Of a stretch of 52,767 nt of DNA, positions 50,301 to 52,767 are shown piece after piece. Source of the stretch: Phoronis australis (taxonomy: Eukaryota > Animalia > Phoronida); NCBI GenBank assembly GCA_002633005.1, contig NMRA01000417.1, positions 22,271-75,037 on the forward strand, given 5' to 3'. The notes under the pieces are model-generated. The model saw only the letters and a list, made by a program, of their open reading frames with translations, did not search any database and had not been told where the DNA came from. The number at the start of each line of letters is the position of its first letter. Position 1 is the first letter of the stretch. Made by a program: the position numbers and the translations under genes.

Positions 50301-52088
50301 CTTCATACCACTTTGCGTTGTGTCAAGCATTTGTTACACTGGTAGTTAAGCTGTGTGAGTGTGGACAGTTAACATCACAGTTTCACTATTGCTTTTTATA
50401 GCTATTAATATATTAAAAACAAATTATGATTTACCATCATGAAAAATGTTTGTGCTGCGTCAACGCGCAATTTGTCAAGGGTATCACTAAGACACTTCAG
50501 CCATTAACAGGCAAATGTAGGTGAGTTTGGAATAAAAGTGCGCAGAAACGATATGCCTAATGTAATGGTATAAAAACACTTTAAAACTTTGTACTTCAAG
50601 CTCCAACCCTTCGTCAGTGGTAGGTAAAACAAAAATGATGTTAGGTGAAACAGCAGGGGTATTATGTTACTCAATGCATATGTTACTGTGTACTTGATGT
50701 TTAGGGAAGACTTCTCTGAATGGACATAAGCAGAACCATGTGGAAGAATCTGGGTACTTTTGGCAGCCTTGAATTTCACTGCGGAAAGTGAATGTTACGA
50801 GCACATATGTGAGCTTCAGTCATATGACAAGTCATGTGACTTTGAAACAGGAGAACGACTGAAGTGCGCAGAAAAAGTTCACCTCTGTGGATAAATTTGA
50901 GGCTATAAAAACTTGGAGGTACCCATTGGGAGAAAACTTTTGTGTTTACTGTGCTGTGAAGGAAACACACATTTAGAAAAAGACCTGTCATGATAAAATA
51001 CTCTTGATTGTATTTCATTTTCCAATTATGGCTCTTACGAATTTGATATTTAAGGCCCCATTTATATGCAGCACTTTTACACCTGTATGTAACTATACAA
51101 CATGTGCAAACCTACACCTGGTGTGTAAATTACATCGTGTTCTTATAGGGGAAAAGAAAAGCAATGTTTGTGCACAGTATTCTATACATTTTGCAGCGAA
51201 GTCTACACAAGGAACATGTGCTAAAAAAGAGAGGATTCTTCTAAAACTATTGCCTTGTATCTGGGTAGCTTTGAGTCTTGGGTATCTAATCCTGTGGGCA
51301 AGTATGGATATATTCAGAAATGTTGACGGACTGGTGGCAAAACACATTTAATAATGAAAATTTTAACAAAAATTGTCAAAGATTTCCTTCAAGAGGCTTA
51401 CTCATTTTGTTAAATATTCCTCAAAGGTATTACAAACAAATAAGACAAGCTATCTGTCAGGTGGCAGCCAAGTCGTAATGATTTGGCCATTGCACTGCTG
51501 GTAACCTAGCAGAGTTACGAAAGCAAGCGTTTTCCTTTTCTCAGCTAATGTTTAATGCCAAGTTTCTGGCCTTTGAAGCTCTTCTGAAAATGAAGAAAAT
51601 GGAGTGGGTCAGGTTTGACGACAATTTTATAGACTAAATGGGAAGTGATTGCCACGAATGGTGGTCAGTAGTTCCTTTTAGCTGAGTAAGTCCAGATAAT
51701 ATGGCCTCTGCTTTGTCCTACCAGGATATGGCAGTCCTGGTATATTCAGAGTATATCCTTATTCAGTGGGTAATTTTAGCGCGAATGCAGGTTCCCTCAG
51801 ACAAGTGGATATTGGAAAATTCTGGTTGGTAATGACATATCTTAACCTTGCTTTCTGGATTCTAGAGTACAAGAACAACATGTCTCCAGTATTCAATTAT
51901 TTTTTGTTGTGTGGTTACTGGTACTGATTTTAGACACAGGATATGCTGGCTTTTGGAAATAATGCGATCAAAGTGATCTATGGTCTTTGCTAAGTGGTCC
52001 AAAAAGCTGATTTGTCCTGATTAAGTTATAAGTATGCCTGTTGTTTCTCTTAACAATGGTGCATATCTAGTGCAACTATGGCATACAA

Positions 52089-52101
52089 AAGCAGCATCAG
52101 T

Positions 52102-52135
<34 letters not shown>

Positions 52136-52159
52136 GAAGCAGAAGCAGAAGCAGAAGCA
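52089..52159. repeat. Compound microsatellite (AGC)n-(AGCAGA)n
   Basis: agcagcagc...agcagaagcagaagcagaagca. Confidence 0.95.
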
Positions 52160-52371
52160 TTTCAATAAAAGACTATATCAAACCTCACATGACAACAGAG
52201 GATCTTTTGGACATTTAAAGGGAAGTGGTGTTGCTTTAAGAATATTGATGAGACGACAGAAATAGTTTTGGCCTTTTTTGGTGGAGTAACCTTACTTTTA
52301 CACTGAAGAGTTAATTTAAATCGCGTTTATGTCCACCAGGTGTATATTTGCACATGTGTTTATTTACATTT

Positions 52372-52767
52372 ACGGTAAAGTCGCGTGATTTTCGGACACT
52401 GAAAATTAATTCCAATAGAAAAAATTCATTCTTGGACGAATCTCGCGAAATATCATTTTGTGGTGTCCGAATTTGGCGGACCTCCAAATTCCACTAGTGT
52501 CCGAATTTCGTGGGTGTACATTATTTCGATGAGCGGTCGTAGTATCAACAACGCTGGCTCGGTCATTTGATAGCAGTATAATTGCAGGTAAATGAGACTC
52601 AAATGGTCTGAGCGATTAATTTTTGAAAATCTGGCTTTCCCAATAAGAAATGTGCGCCGTCGACGCACAAAGACCGTTCCCAACAAGTGTTGGTTCTTCT
52701 TTTCAAAGATGTGCTTTCTCAATATGAAATATTCGGCTTGCATTGCCGATGCTCAAAAACCGTTCTC
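52372..52767. mobile_element. Possible left end of a Tc1/pogo-like MITE
   Basis: TA|CGGTAAAGTCGCG start; TTCGGACAC at about 52391 with two inverted GTGTCCGAATT copies (about 52463 and 52497); the other end is not in the window. Confidence 0.35.

Noticed and set aside
52089-52159. Poly-Q coding tract
   Set aside because: No ORF or splice context; it is an intronic or intergenic microsatellite.

Overview
AT-rich, repeat-dense eukaryotic genomic DNA, probably from a marine invertebrate (inferred from the TE repertoire; the taxon cannot be fixed from the sequence). It has one 183-bp N gap and two single Ns. The only host gene I can support is the 5' part of a LIV-1-subfamily zinc transporter (SLC39A8/SLC39A14-like), seen as two + strand coding exons at 41842-42108 and 47185-47356. 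The remainder is layered and often nested mobile DNA. Retroelements: two Penelope-like fragments (one with a hammerhead ribozyme), a decayed Ty3/Gypsy, an L2/Crack-type LINE 3' end and RTEX remnants. DNA elements: a decayed Academ (TAG..CTA termini, 3-bp TSD), several TTAA-flanked Kolobok-type non-autonomous elements, CAGGG-terminated hAT-like MITEs with 5-bp TSDs, and a Helentron/HINE-like family in head-to-tail arrays. The most notable signals are (i) a tandem repeat carrying co-oriented CTCF-like motifs about every 150 bp, (ii) two unrelated transposons inserted at the same homologous site of adjacent HINE units, and (iii) an in-frame Gypsy-integrase/Penelope GIY-YIG chimeric ORF. Most of the supplied short ORFs are spurious. 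I see no convincing novel multi-gene system. Family assignments come from motif recognition by eye, not from database searches.
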